This document shows, one piece after another, positions 50,557-64,000 of a stretch of DNA of 64,000 nucleotides. The notes below the pieces were generated by a model. The model was not told the origin of the DNA, did no database searches, and was given only the letters and a program-made list of their open reading frames with translations. A program made the position numbers and the translations under genes. Source of the stretch: Octopus bimaculoides (lineage: Eukaryota); contig NC_068981.1 of NCBI RefSeq assembly GCF_001194135.2, forward strand, positions 120,718,117 to 120,782,116, given 5' to 3'. The number at the start of each line of letters is the position of its first letter. Position 1 is the first letter of the stretch.

Positions 50557-52024
50557 CATACACAAGAAGCAAAGTAGCAAGTTACAAATCTCTAAGAGAT
50601 GAAGGTAGTAACTATACTGAGAAGTAACGTTTGTTGCCACTTCATCATGGCTGTTCCATACAAATCAATAAGTTGCTGGAAGTTAGTAGGGGTTTGCTCC
50701 CCCACTTGCAATATATATCAGGTTCAAATTGCATCAATAACCAGCTAGAGGAGACATCCTCTTGGGGTTAAAAATAGTAGTAATGTCAGTTTGCATAGAA
50801 CAGCCATGATGAAGTAGCAACACATACATACAGACAGACAGACACACACACACACACACATTTATACTCTATTATCGACTTAAATACATGTATTGACTTA
50901 AATACATCATCATCTTTTAGAGGCTGTTTTTCATGCTGGCATGCATTGGAAAGTTTCACAGGGAACTGGTTATATAGTGCTCCAGTGACATCTGTCACCA
51001 CTTCACTGTCAAATCGTCTAACCCATGTCAGCATAGAAAGCAGATGTCAAATAATGATGATATATAAACATGGGTTTGTTATACATATAGATTAATTAGA
51101 GGTTTGTTTTCAAACCATATAATTCCAGATTCACTCCCACCGTGTAGCACTTTGGGCAAGTGTCTTCTACTATAGCCTCAGGTCAGGAAAGGCCTTGTAA
51201 GTGGATTTGGTAGATGGAAGCAGAAAGAAGGCTGTTGTGTGTATGTGTGTCTGCCCCCTACCATCACTTGACAACCAGTGTTGGTGTGGTTACATCCCAA
51301 TAACTTAGCAGTGTGACAAAAGGCAAAAATGATCAATAGAATAAGGATCAGTCTTACAAAAAAAAAAGAAAAATGTACTGGGAAGAGACAGAGCAAGATT
51401 CACCCAGTTTGATATAGTTGACTTTTACCCGTCTATATCAAAAGGCACTTTCTTTTGCTATGAGCTTCACTGATGTTAACAATAGAGATATAGAAGTCCT
51501 TATGCATGCCAGAAAGACAGTGCTGTTCAACAAAGGTTCGGCATGGCTCAAGCAATCTGACCCTATGGCCTTCGATAGCACTGACATATGTGACCACATC
51601 GGGTTGTATATCCTCGATACCCTTAGGAATAAGGGTATCTTCTGTCCTCTTTGGCCTCTACAGAGATGACCCCTGCTGGCCATCTCTAGTGGGAAAAATG
51701 GGCATATACTAGACATGTTTAGAAAAGATCTAATCAGCATGCTTGCCTCATGGGATTGAAAATCACCGTAGAGACCAACCTCACAACTGCAGTCTTCTCA
51801 GATGTCATGCTCGACTTAGGCTCCGGTACATACAGGCCCTACCACAAACCAAACGAGAGGCTAATGTACATCAACACAGCCTCCTGCTACGCACCCATCA
51901 TGTTCAAAAACCTGGTGAAGAGTGTTAGGAAGAGGATCATGAACCTTTCCTCCAACCAAGAGATTTTTGATGCAGCGGTCCCTTACTATAAGGAGGCCAT
52001 AGCTGCCAGCGGATTTAGGGACCA

Positions 52025-52386
52025 CTGAAATGCACCATTTTGAGCATGACCATTGCCAGTGCCGCCTGGCTGGCCTTCGTGGGATTTTCGAGCGAGATCG
52101 TTGCCAGTGCCCCTGGACTGGCTCTCGTGCGGGTGGCACATAAAATGCACCATTTTGAGCGTGGCCGTTGCCAGTATCGCCTGACTGGCCTTCGTGTGGG
52201 TGACACGTAAAAGCACCCACTACACTCTCTGAGTGGTTGGCGTTAGGAAGGGCATCCAGCTGTAGAAACTCTGCCAAATCAGATTGGAGCCTGGTGTAGC
52301 CATCTGGTTTCACCAGTCCTCAGTCAAATCGTCCAGCCCGTGCTAGCATGGAAAGCAGATGTTAAACGATGATGATGATGATGATC
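52025..52386 (+). mobile_element. Family-3 SINE-like element nested in the Penelope ORF
   Basis: Interrupts GFRDH|IYMPKP. Has a (GAT)n tail and internal module duplications. Confidence 0.85.
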
Positions 52387-53703
52387 TACATGCCGAAACC
52401 CAACAACCATAGAAGGAAGTGTCACAAAAATACTATTTGGTTTGCTCCCTGCTTCTCTCTAAACACAAAAATGCCTGTAGGTAGAATATTCCGTAAATTA
52501 ATAGATAAGCATTTCACTAGCTCCCATAGGTACGGGCCCATTTTCAACAGGCACAACTTTAGTGTCTCTTTTAGCTGTGTACCCAATATCAAGAGCATTC
52601 TAGTTAGCGCCCCTAGGCCACAGGAGGAGGCAGGATGTTTATGCAGGGACTGCAACAGATGCTTGGTGGGAGGCCACGGCGAAACCAAAGGGGTTGTCTA
52701 TGAAGCCGAAGTACTTGCAAACCCTGGCAATACCACTGCAGTAGCAGCAGTAGATATGGGAACAGAACCAGCAATGCTGCTACCATTGCCACAGTTAACA
52801 ACAATAATGACAATAACAATGACAGCATTGGCAGTTCCCCCAATGGCACTGATAACAACAAAAGCAACATCGCCATCAGCAGCAGCATTACCAACAACTT
52901 CCCTAACATCCACAATAGCAGACATGACAGTCCCCAAAACAGCAGCAACAGGTCCAGTGCCACCAACAGCAATAATAGCAATAATGTCAACAGCAGCAGC
53001 AGCAGCAGCGACAGTGGCCCTAGCAGAAACACCAGTAGAACCATAGCTAATGACATCTCTAGCAGCAGTGGCAACTCTCCCACCAATGATGAGGGCCATG
53101 ATGACAACAACAGCACCTTCACCATAATGGGCAGTGGCGATACCATTACTGATGCCACCACCACCTCCAGCGACACCTACACCAGTGGTCCCAGCTCCAA
53201 CAACAATGACAGTGGCAGCAACAACAACAACAACACCAGCAGATACAGACAGCGCTAACAACACATGCCCATGGAGATATATTGGATGTTCCGATAACTC
53301 ATTCAAGCAATGACCCTCCAACCACGGGTCCTTATTCAGAGTTCTGGAAAGGAGATACGTAACATCACTGGCCAGCCATGTCTGGCAACTGAGAGACGAT
53401 GGGATTCTATATTCAATCAAATGGAAAATCCTCAAGAACCCAGGCCCCTACATCAATGGGACAAAACATTGCAAATTATGCATAGTTGAACAGGCGAAAA
53501 TCCTAGGAACATCGTTAGCTCCAGAACGGAGATTTTTGGGCCATGTTTACATTTCAGGAGGTTCCTTCTAGCCGTATGGAGCCCACAAGATGGCAGCACT
53601 GCCTGAAGTCAATAGCCGATAACCAAGGGAGATAATCCCCATTATTACTTTTGAGTAGTGAAGCATTTCCTCCTTCATATTTTTAAGAGGCCTTGGGCCA
53701 ACA

Positions 53704-53777
53704 GGTTTTGGCATCTGATGATATGCCATAAAGCTAAATCCTTCATGGATGGGAAACCTAAGGTAATCCCATAAACC
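53704..53777 (+). ncRNA. Candidate type I hammerhead ribozyme in the PLE 3' UTR (partly decayed)
   Basis: CUGAUGA at 53715-53721, GAAA at 53753-53756, stem III ACC-UAA-GGU and GUA triplet. Stem I GGUUUUGGCAU / AUCCCAUAAACC. Confidence 0.6.
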
Positions 53778-55851
53778 AGCCTTCGCTGTTTTTAATATAT
53801 ATACATACACACATATAGATAATGTATTGAGATGAAATAGTGAAGGCCAGTCTGGATGAAGTATTCAAGACTGATCTCAAAATGCTGAACCTTACAAAGG
53901 AGATGACTGACATATGTAGTACATTGTTGTACTTGAAAGACCCATCCACCACAACAAAATTGAGATCCTAAAGTCAAGGTGCCACATGAAAAGCATTGGT
54001 GTTGGTGTTAGTGCCATGTAAAATGCACTGGTGCTGGTGACACTTCAAAAGCATTGGTGCCATATAAAAATCACTCAGTACACTCTGTGGAGTTGTTGGC
54101 ATTTGGGAGGGCGTCCTGCTGTAGAAACCAAGCCAAAACAAACTATGGAACCTGGTGTGGCTCCTGGCCTTGCCAGTTTCTATCACACTGTCCAACCTAT
54201 GGCAGCATGGAAAATGGATGTTAAATAATGGGGATGCTGTGTGTATGTGTATTTTGGTCCTGGTTTGACAAAAAGTTTTCCAGGTTTTAAAATGTTAAGT
54301 ACTGAAGTTGATTGGTACATCTTTCATGGTGGTGCTCCTGCATGGCCACAGTCCAGTGACAGAAACAGATAAAAGACAAATGATATACACAAGCAATGTG
54401 GAGCTAATTCTCTGTGTGATAAGTGCATTTTCATGAAATCCTTAACTCCTAAGTCAATGATATTGTTTCTTAGTTATATTATGCGGATGCACACACACAC
54501 ACACACACGGTACATACAGAACATGTTTTTATGTAATCAATAGCTGCCTTGCTGTAATTAATGATTTAATGGTAGTTTAGAGTCATGGAATGTTAAATGA
54601 AAGGTCTAGATAATGTTTCCTGTGAAATTAGTGTTGAATTGACAGATTCTGGAAACACCCTTACCAATAAGCATGCAAAACAATTAAAGTTATTTACTCT
54701 TTGAGTCTTGTTATTAGATAATGTTGTCCCAGAGACACCGCATCTGCAAGTAAGGGCAGCATGTTCCTAATATTGGTCTGCTTAATCAAAGCTGACCTGG
54801 GGCAGGAACAGTAACTATCACCACTACCGCCATCACTACCTCTACCTGCACCAGCACTGCCTTATGTCATTGTCTTGTTTCATTCATTATCAATGGCATT
54901 ATCATAATAATTATGCACCTGATTGCTGTCATTGTGATGTTTGGTGTTGTTTCAACATTGGTCAGGTAAACCAGTGATGGAAGTCATACCAAGCACGAGT
55001 GTTCTTTGTCTTTGTTTAATCCCCTACCCCTTTCCCTCTTTGATAAACATGCATGTGTGTGTATATGTGTGTGTGTGTGTATGTGAGACAGTCTGCTTTT
55101 TATATTCATTTTAGCTCTACCCTTTTAATAATGTTACAGTTGAACTTTCATTTTAATGCAATTATTTACACAGGGAAGTGGAAATAAATGATGACCCTCA
55201 CTCCTAAAAATAAAACCATAAACATACAAACCAATAAGGGAAAATATGTGGTCAGCAGATGTGTTAGAATTCACAATCTACAGTCTTAGAAACAAAGTAC
55301 TTGCTTCTTTTCTCCAATGTTAAAAGAAAAAAAGGAAACAAAATGATTCTATTTGATTTTAATTTTTAAATGATTTTAGATTAATTACTTTTTAGATCTT
55401 GAGTTGTTGTGCTGAAGAGCCCAGAATGAAAGTGAAATGCTACACTTCATGACTACTGAAAACTTTAATAAGAGATAGGAGAGTATTGTAGTTCGCTTGA
55501 AGCATTGTGTATTGTTTGTAAAGAATAAAAAGTTTAGGAAGGTATAACAATGCACTATAGAACAAAAAATGGACTATATACCTGTTGTAACTTGGAATTA
55601 TATGGTAATATGCCCTTTTCACTCTTTGATAATGATTTCTCAAGAAAAAGAAACTTAGAAATGATTCTCTCCTCTTAAGTAGCATACATACTCTGTCTCT
55701 GTCTCTCTCTATCTCTGTCTGTCCATCTCTCTCTCTCTGTCTCCCCTTATGTAGCAGTTCCTAGTGAGCTAACCATATTGAATAGTATTCTAAATATACT
55801 CTGTCTACCATAAGGTCCAGGTCTTGTCACAGTATTAAGGCTTGTATTTGC

Positions 55852-56071
55852 TTAACCCTTTCATTACTGTATTTATTTTGAGATGCTCTGTGTTTCTTTC
55901 AATTAATTTTAAATATAACAATGAATTTAGTAAAATAACTTAGTCATCATTAAGTTAGTGTTAGGAACATAAATTGTGACTAAGCTTTGTTGGAAGATTT
56001 CAATTCAGAACTTTTGAAAACAAGACATTTGTACTACAGGACCAGAGCCGGTTTGGTAACAAAAGGGTTAA
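55852..56071. mobile_element. piggyBac-like MITE (family A)
   Basis: TTAA-ccctttcattac ... gtaacaaaaggg-TTAA. Confidence 0.7.
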
Positions 56072-59000
56072 TGACCTTGAGAGCTATACTATCATAGTGC
56101 AAGCCCCTAATAGGGTTATCCATGCTGTACAGGTTAAAGGACAGAGGCCAGAGTAATGTGGATTATCTCTTTCCAGAGGTAAAAGTGGGTTTGCATAGGG
56201 GCCAGAACTCCTACTTAGTAAAAAACCAAAGTTACAGAAGCATTGATAGCAATTTAGAACCTAGCAAGACTTGGGAGAGTAAAAGACAGCCCAGAGATGT
56301 GAACATCATCATCATCATGATCATTGTATAATGTCGGCTCTCCACACTGGCATGGTTTGGATGCTTTGGCAGGGAGCTGGCCAGACTCCAACTGTCTGCT
56401 GTAGTACGGTTCCTACAGATGGATGCCCTTCCTAATATAAACCACTTAAAGTGTGCTGGGTGCATTTTTTGAGCCACTGGTACAGGTGCATTTATGCAGC
56501 ACTGGCACAGGTGCATTAACAGGTGGCACCAGCACCTGAAAGGACAACCTGTATGTGTGGGCCCCTGCTCCATAGGGAGTGAAGGGCTTAAGCCGGTAAA
56601 GTAAATATACGTTATGTCTGGAAATAAGATGAGGTGGTCATGGTTGAAATGCCCTTAGTCATAGGTCTGCTTGATCAGGGTTTAAGTGAGGACTAAACAA
56701 TGCGATGAAAATGCTGCTGGACCATTACCAACTTATGTGTGTAGTGTTATTGTCATTAACTGCTTTTATTCTAATTAGTTAGAATTTGTATTATCATTAT
56801 TATTATTATTATTCTGCTTGTCACAACATGTGGTACTCTTTGAACAGCATTAACTATGGAATAGGAATAAAATTGAAGATATAATCAGAATATTTAACTC
56901 AATGAAATAAGTTCAAATGATAGACTTTCAACATCATTAACTACAAGAATGAAATCTCCTCCTCCCTTCTCTTCCTGCTACTGTTCCTTCATCTAGTGGT
57001 ACTCATGGAAATTCCACATTTTATGACAAAGACAGACACAGACAGACACACACACACACGCATGTGTGTGCACATGTATATAATGGATATCTTTCAGTTT
57101 CTGCCTACAAAATACACTCATGAAGCTTTACCTGTCTCAGGGTTATAATAGTAAAAGATACAGGCCCAAGTTGCTGCACAGTAGGACTGAACCCAGGACC
57201 TCACAGTTTGGAAGCAGGCTTCTTCAACACACAGCCATGCAAGCATATGTTGAAATAATCTTAGAGTGCTATATTTTCAATGACCCTAACCATGAAATTC
57301 ACTTGAAGACAATCCAAATCTATTAACATAATGAAATATCTTCAGTAGTTACACTTTAAGCCATCTGAAGTGTTAAATGAAACCTAAAACATAATTGAAT
57401 TCTTTAACATAATGCAACAGTGATAGAAAGAGCTATAAATATCTGTATCAAAATAGTGTAAGAACATATATGAAATGTAGTATTTCCTTGGGTCTCACTA
57501 GTTTATATATAATATCATTAGTAACTATTTAAATGTTGGTTAATAGCTAGCATAAATCATCACTGACACTTACAGTCGAGGCCTCAATTTAAATATTAGT
57601 CTATAAACTGTGAATTCCTTCAGTATTATGTGCAGTAATTTACATTTCTGACAATAACATTAAGCTGCGAAGAAGAGTGAGTAAAGAACATTTTGAATAA
57701 AAATGTGTGAATGGTTATATGTGAAGGAAACAGTTATTTTTTTGTTAATTATGTTATAAAATAAAAGCAACAGAAATAATCGTTTTTAGTGGAACTGTTG
57801 GAAATTCCACATTTTATAGAATTTTTTTTTGCTTTTATTTTGGTACATAAATTTATATATTTTCCTAAAGTTATTTCATTAAGTTAAAGGTTTTTATGAT
57901 AATGAGCTAGACAATGGATTGAGGTTATAGAAAAATTAGGATTTAGATGATTTATAGTGTTAGTAACAATATAATATAACAATATAATAACATCATGTAG
58001 CAAATGTAAATTTAACCAGAAATATTTGAATAACAGCAAATAAAATATGAAATTTTTCTACTGTTTTTATTAGGACCTCATATTATACAATATTTAGTTG
58101 TGAACAAGGCAGCGAGCTGGCAGAATTGTTAACATGCCAGGCAAAATGCTTTGCGGCATTTTGTCCATCTTTATGTTCTGAGCTTAAATTCTGCAAAGGT
58201 TTACTTTGCCTTTCATCCTTTCAGGGTTGATAAAATGAGTACCACTTGATCATCGGGGTTGATAAAATCAACTTTTCTAAAAAAAATGCTGGCCTTGTGC
58301 CAATATTTGAAACCAATATTTAGTTGAGGACGTTACTGTACATAGAGTTTCTTGCAAGATCTCTCCTCCCTTGCTTGTTAGTCTGCATAACATTAACTCT
58401 GCTACCCAATGACTTCAGAGCTCTAGAAAAAGAGACATAATTGTCCATAACTGAACATTTTTCACTGGTTGCAGTAACTATATTCCTACTTAATCGAAAG
58501 TCTGACCTTGTGCTTTATTTATAGTCATAGAATATGATAGACATCATGAAATTAGTTCTTTTCCATTTTAATTCTTTAGCATTCATATTTCTCTGTCAAA
58601 TATAATGCTTATTTATTCACATTGTTTTGAAATAATCATGCATTATCTCATAGCTTCAAGATTTCAATGGTGTGTTTGTATATTCTTAGAATGACATTGT
58701 GAGGTAGGTGTGAGAACTTTGATCTAGTCAGTCTTGATATATAACATTTAGAATATTTGGGCGGGATATGACCAGATGAAATGCAAAAGGATTAAATGAT
58801 AAATTTGGGTAACTCAGTGCCATTTTAATTCTCGGTACCAAAAGTTGTCCAGTTAAGGTATTGTTTCAGCACAGTTTTGATGAAGGTTGAGGACACCAAG
58901 TTTATTGGCAATGCAATATCTTTCTTTAAAGGATAAATTATGCAGATGCTTCACAGTTACTCCAGTTTTCAAGCATGAAACATATGGTAGCATTCTAGAG

Positions 59001-62000
59001 GGTATGAATGAGTTCAAAAGTTTGATAGCGTAACATTCAGTTACCACTTGGCTATTACTACTTTAACTGTACTGAAACATTTTGGATAAATTACCTGGAA
59101 GATATATCAGTACTTCTTTGTTTCTTTTTTTGGATGGGAGAAGAATGTGGTACCTTCTTTTCTTATTCCTGAACAGTAATAACGATAATAATCCTTTCTA
59201 CTATTGGCACAAGGCCTGAAATTGTGGGGGAGGGGACTAGTTAATTACATCGACCCAGTACTCAACTGGTACTTAATTTATTGACCCTGAAAGGATGAAA
59301 GGCAAAGTCAACCTCTTAGGAATTTGAACTCAGAATGTGAAGACAGATGAAGTACCACTAAGCGTGATACCCTGGTATGCTAACAATTCTACCAGGTTCA
59401 TCATGTTATGCCTGCATCCTTGAAATTAGGCCTAACTCTGTTATTCTTTTTCTTGCTTTTTAAAGTCTTCATTTCAATTCCATAGTAAATATTGTTTAAA
59501 TGCAAAAAAAGAATAAAATTATGATGCAAAAATTTGCAGAAACATAAAAAGATAAAGTAAAATTTGTATTGCAAGAAATATGTGTTTCTTAATGTTAGAC
59601 TTGAACAATTATTTATAAATATTAAACCCATTTACCTTCATATTAAAAGTATAAATAACTTTTATTTTTTGCCCAGGATACTTCTTTGCAAAAGAAGACA
59701 TTTTTTACTCTGGAGATTTTGAAAACAAACAGTACGTTTGTTTTAAGCAAAAGCACGTAAATGTGAAGTGAGAATAAAATTTGTAGTGCAAATATCTGAA
59801 GAAGTACAAAAAAAAAAAGAACTTTCCTTGGTGTCTTATTGACTGGTGAATCTTTGTTTCTGTAACCCATGGGAGTCGAAGTGTTGACCTTGTGTAAAGT
59901 GAATGTGTTTTCACAGACAGTGGCATAGTATGGGTTTTGGCCATCTTGTATAGTAACCAGATTGGCTGCCTCCTTCCTTAACTCTCTTGTTAGTATGGTT
60001 CTGTTGAAATACACTGTCTTCGTTTCAATTAATTTAGCAAACTAACTTATTACACCGTATAACAATTTTTTTTTTCTCTCTTTGGTTATTACCTATTTCT
60101 ATCTAGAAATGAAAGGTAATTACTACTATTCCTTTAAAACTTTGCTGCTGTCACCTGGAAATCAATGTTTTGAAATTCACTTATTTTCTATTACATTTCA
60201 GACAGATTTAGTGCTGAGTTTTTTCTGAAGCAGAAATATTGTTATAGCAAATGTTCTACTCAGTACCACAGATCTGCTTGTCACTTGTTTGATCGTAACT
60301 ACCTGAGCATATCCCTTAGTGGCTGATAATATGTGCATTTCTGATGATGAGCAGGAGTAGTGAGGAGCCATCATAGCCATGTACTGAGAGAGGTTCCTTT
60401 GGGTTTGAATAAATGTAACAAAAGCAAAGTTTGAAGGAAATATTGACTATTTTTCATACTTTCTAGGGGTAAGCAAACAAGAAATAACAGTTGCTACCTA
60501 AGGACAAAAATTGTGTCACACAATGTTATTAAAGATGGTGTTTGGAACATAAATCAACTTGAAATTCTGAGAAAAGTTTTAATTTAGATCGCTTTAAAAT
60601 AGGAAGTTTGTGATATAGAATCAGGGACAGTTTTGAGTGGGTTGGTGTCAAAAAGGTTCAACATAACAAACCTTTGACTAAAGCAAATACATGTATATGA
60701 AGTGCAGTCTGCATATCTGCACACACTATGCTGCAAAAATATTTCTAAGAAATTGAAATATTCAGGAATGAATATTTTCCTAGAACAAGCATCAGTATGG
60801 GTGCTGGTGCCACATGGAAAGGACCTAGCACACACTGGAGTGGTTGGTGTTAGGAAGGGCATCCAGCCGTAGAAACTAAACCAAAACAGACTATGGAACC
60901 TGGTGCAGTCCCTTTCCTTGCCAGTTCCTGCCAAGCCGTCCAACCCATGCTAGCATGGAAAATGGACATTGAATGTTGTTGATGATGATATAATGGTGAA
61001 ATGAAAACGTTCAACAATAATAATGAAGAAAATTGTAGGAAGCAGAGTTGCAGGATGGAAACTATAAGGCAACCAATGTGATGAAGACATGTTGAATTGC
61101 TGTGGAAATAAATTAATGAGACATTGATATTCACTGTACACAATTAGACTCTTATTTAATTGGGTTTATGTGGTATTATGTCTTTCCTAATGAGGGATTT
61201 GGATAATTATTGAAAGATATTGCATCCATTTATCATATGTGATATATAATAATGGATTTGAATAACTATTTAAAGATATTAGATTCTTTTATCATCTGTA
61301 ATGTGTAATAATGAGTATGAACAATTATTTAAAGATATTACGGTTGATTTCTTATTCTTTCTATTAAAAATATAACTAACACTTTCAATTGTTGTCTTAT
61401 TATAACAAACGAGCACACATCTATATACTGTAACATGTAGGATAATATTATAATTCTTGACACAATTTTTCAAAATGACAGCAAATCTTCCTTCATTAAA
61501 GTGTATTTGTCATAATTGGCATCACATGTAATTGTCATACAATACTTCAACATGACTGTCTGCAATTGTTGTCGTCATTGTCAGCAGTAGATTTCGTCGT
61601 CATCATTGTCGTCCCAGAGGAAGCCTCTATGTGGTTGTTTTGATCTATTACAAGTAGCAGTTAAATCTTCCTTGAATCACATCTTTACAGTGATAAAAAA
61701 AGGAAGGTTACATTAGATAAGACAGCCCTAGATGCATTGCATCCAGAGAATAGAGAGTATGGTAATGGCTAGAACACCTTCAATCATAGGTTTGTTTGAT
61801 CACATTTGACCTGTGATTAGACAATAACAGCAACAACAATGACCATCACAACCATCATTATCGTCAACATCATTATGCTCATTATCAATTCCATTATTAT
61901 AATGATATCCATAACTGTTACCATTGTGGTTGTTGTTTGTTTAGTCTCAGCTAAGTGTTGATCAAGCAGACTGATGATCAAAGTCATGCTGACTATGACC

Positions 62001-64000
62001 ATCCCATCTTTTTTTCATGAGCTGGGAACCTTGGGCAACATTATCCATTATTTCCTGTCCGATGATTATGTTGGTTTATTTTGAAGATATGACTGGCATT
62101 TCTAGCAGGGTGATCTGCCACATAGAGGCTGTTGTTTTAACTCATTATTTGAGTGGCTACTGTTGTTACTTGCAGACAGACATGACTGCAAACATTCTAG
62201 CTATAAACATATGATCTTTTTTAAAAATGGTTGGATGTGATGTGAGGGAGATTTGTTTGCTGTTTCTAGCAGGTCTATCTACTGCACAAGAGACTGTTTT
62301 GTTGGTTTGTTAAGAAGGATGATGATGATAACTGAGGACATAACATTTAATCTTTCTAGCAGGTTCATCATTGCTATGACTTCCTACTCCATCAATCATC
62401 TTTAAAACTTGAGGGTTAATGTTAGGAGTAATGCCAGTCATGTTTCTGTTTCTCTTGTGGAATCTATGGTTTTTTAAAAAAATCATTACCATCATCCATT
62501 GTAAAGTGGTTGGCATTAAGAAAAGCATCCAGCTGTAGAAACCAAGCCAAAACAGACTATGGAACCTGGTGTGGCCCTTGGTCTTGCCAGTTCCTGCCAA
62601 GCTGTCCAACCCATGCCAGCATGGAAAATGGACGTTAAATGTTCATGATGATGATGATGATGATGATGATGTTAATTATCCACTAAAAAATAGAATAGAT
62701 ATTTTGTGCTTCTGCAATCTTTTTTCAATGTCCCTTGCATTTATGGTTTTCATATCCATTGCGAAAAAGTATTTGATTCTTTCTCTCTAAAGACACATTT
62801 GATGAAATAATGTGAAAAAAATTTAAGAAAATCTGAAAAATTATCTTTTGCAGAAAGTGTCACTGGGGGTATCTCCGCTTTTCGCAGCAGAGATTTTCTT
62901 TCAAGGCTGTGGGATAAAACTGCTTCCATAGTTAATGGTATTAACATTTTCAGCCAATATATCTGCTTTCGCATTCAAAGCATTTACAGCCATTGTAGTG
63001 TAATTAAAAAAAAAAAAAAAACAGTTCTGCCATTGAAAAGTCAGCACCCACTAATGGCAACATAGACTGTAAGAGAGTTTAATCTTGTAAAGATAATCAA
63101 ACTAAATACTGCACTAAAATTTTGTTTGACAATGTTTGTGAAAAGAAAGTTTCAATTAATGGACTGCTGAAGTGTAAAAAAGCAAAAGTGGGGGGAAAAA
63201 TGGGGGAAGAAAATTCCATACGAAGTGACGAATAGTTTAACAAGTGGGGAAAAAAGTAAGAGAATATTGTGTGAATGTTTTCATGGTGAGGGTTTTTTAT
63301 CTGCTGAAGTATGGATTAAGAGAAAATAGCTAAAGAATTATTATTGAAAATTCTAAGAATATTTATGATACAAAAGAAACAGGGCATTATTTTGTGTGCT
63401 ATACCTGATCATACTTTGGTTAAAATTGAAAATGTGAAATCATTTAAATCTTCAAATGAGTCAGTTGACAGTTCTTTTATTTTAACCGGCAGAAATAAGA
63501 GCTTGTAGTGATTGGAAAAAAAATTATCCCTGGTATTTTAAGTGTGTCAAAAACTTATCTGTTCAACTCTTTTCTTATACAAATTTGTGGTTAACTACAG
63601 TTAGTTTTTGAGAACTGGTGACTGAAGCGGGATTTGGAATTAACACTTAGGCATTTAAACTAGCCAACATCTAGTCTAACTATTCCTTCTGTCCTATGTT
63701 CAACCAGCCAGATTTGACCTCTCGCATCTATCCTACAATGTCATTGTAAGAATAAACAATCTCATCATCAAAATATATGCATGATTAATGCAAAATAATA
63801 TGAATAAATATGCATTACGTTTAATAGAGAAATCTAAATGCTACTGGGTTAAAGTGAAAAATTGTCATGTTTGTTGGTGATTAAACAGAATACTAATAAC
63901 AGTGTAACACGAGTTTTGTCCTGGAATAGCTACTGTTTATTTCCTATTTGCTTACTTCTAGAAAGTATGAAAATGGCTAATATTTCCTTCAAAATTTGCT

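Larger units (their letters stand above)
51390..53795 (+). mobile_element. Penelope-like retroelement (RT + GIY-YIG + 3' UTR), decayed, interrupted by a SINE at 52025-52386
   Basis: FDIVDFYPSI; GLYRDD; LKITVETNL...DVMLDL..GTYRPYHKPN...YIN; IWFAPCFS...IFNRHNFSVSFSCVPN; CLCR..C...VYEAEV; RYIGCSDNSFKQ...HVWQLRD..IKWKILK...CKLC. Confidence 0.92.

Noticed and set aside
52613-53435. Minus-strand Leu/Val/Ala-rich ORFs
   Set aside because: Antisense shadows of the triplet-rich insertion in the Penelope element.
59643-60014. 123-aa minus-strand ORF
   Set aside because: No recognisable domain, no convincing donor site, and it runs through a poly-T tract.
1-64000. CRISPR arrays, rRNA, bona fide tRNA genes or prokaryotic operons
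   Set aside because: None seen. The tRNA-like boxes belong to SINE heads, and the tandem repeats lack unique spacers.

Overview
AT-rich, repeat-dense eukaryotic draft-assembly window with 8 N-gaps. It is most likely from an octopus; this is inferred from the SINE and microsatellite landscape and is not proven. Only one host coding exon is well supported: a + strand UBA-domain exon at 1463-1569. Almost everything else is non-coding, probably intronic, DNA filled with three SINE-like families, piggyBac-like and Tc1/mariner MITEs, decayed Tc1, mariner and maT transposons, Helitron/Helentron-type elements, R4/Dong-like and RTE LINE fragments, a Gypsy remnant and three Penelope-like element (PLE) fragments. 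Nearly all ORFs in the supplied track are microsatellite, gap or chance artefacts. The most interesting signals are: (i) a tandem ~394-bp repeat carrying a hammerhead-ribozyme-like motif with an unusual 3-nt core insertion (retrozyme-like, 44.1-44.7 kb); (ii) a type I hammerhead-like fold at the 3' end of the large PLE (53704-53777); (iii) an in-register insertion that puts 193 codons between the two halves of that PLE's GIY-YIG motif; (iv) a mariner with both TIRs that encodes only the DNA-binding domain. All structure and family calls were made by eye and need computational confirmation.
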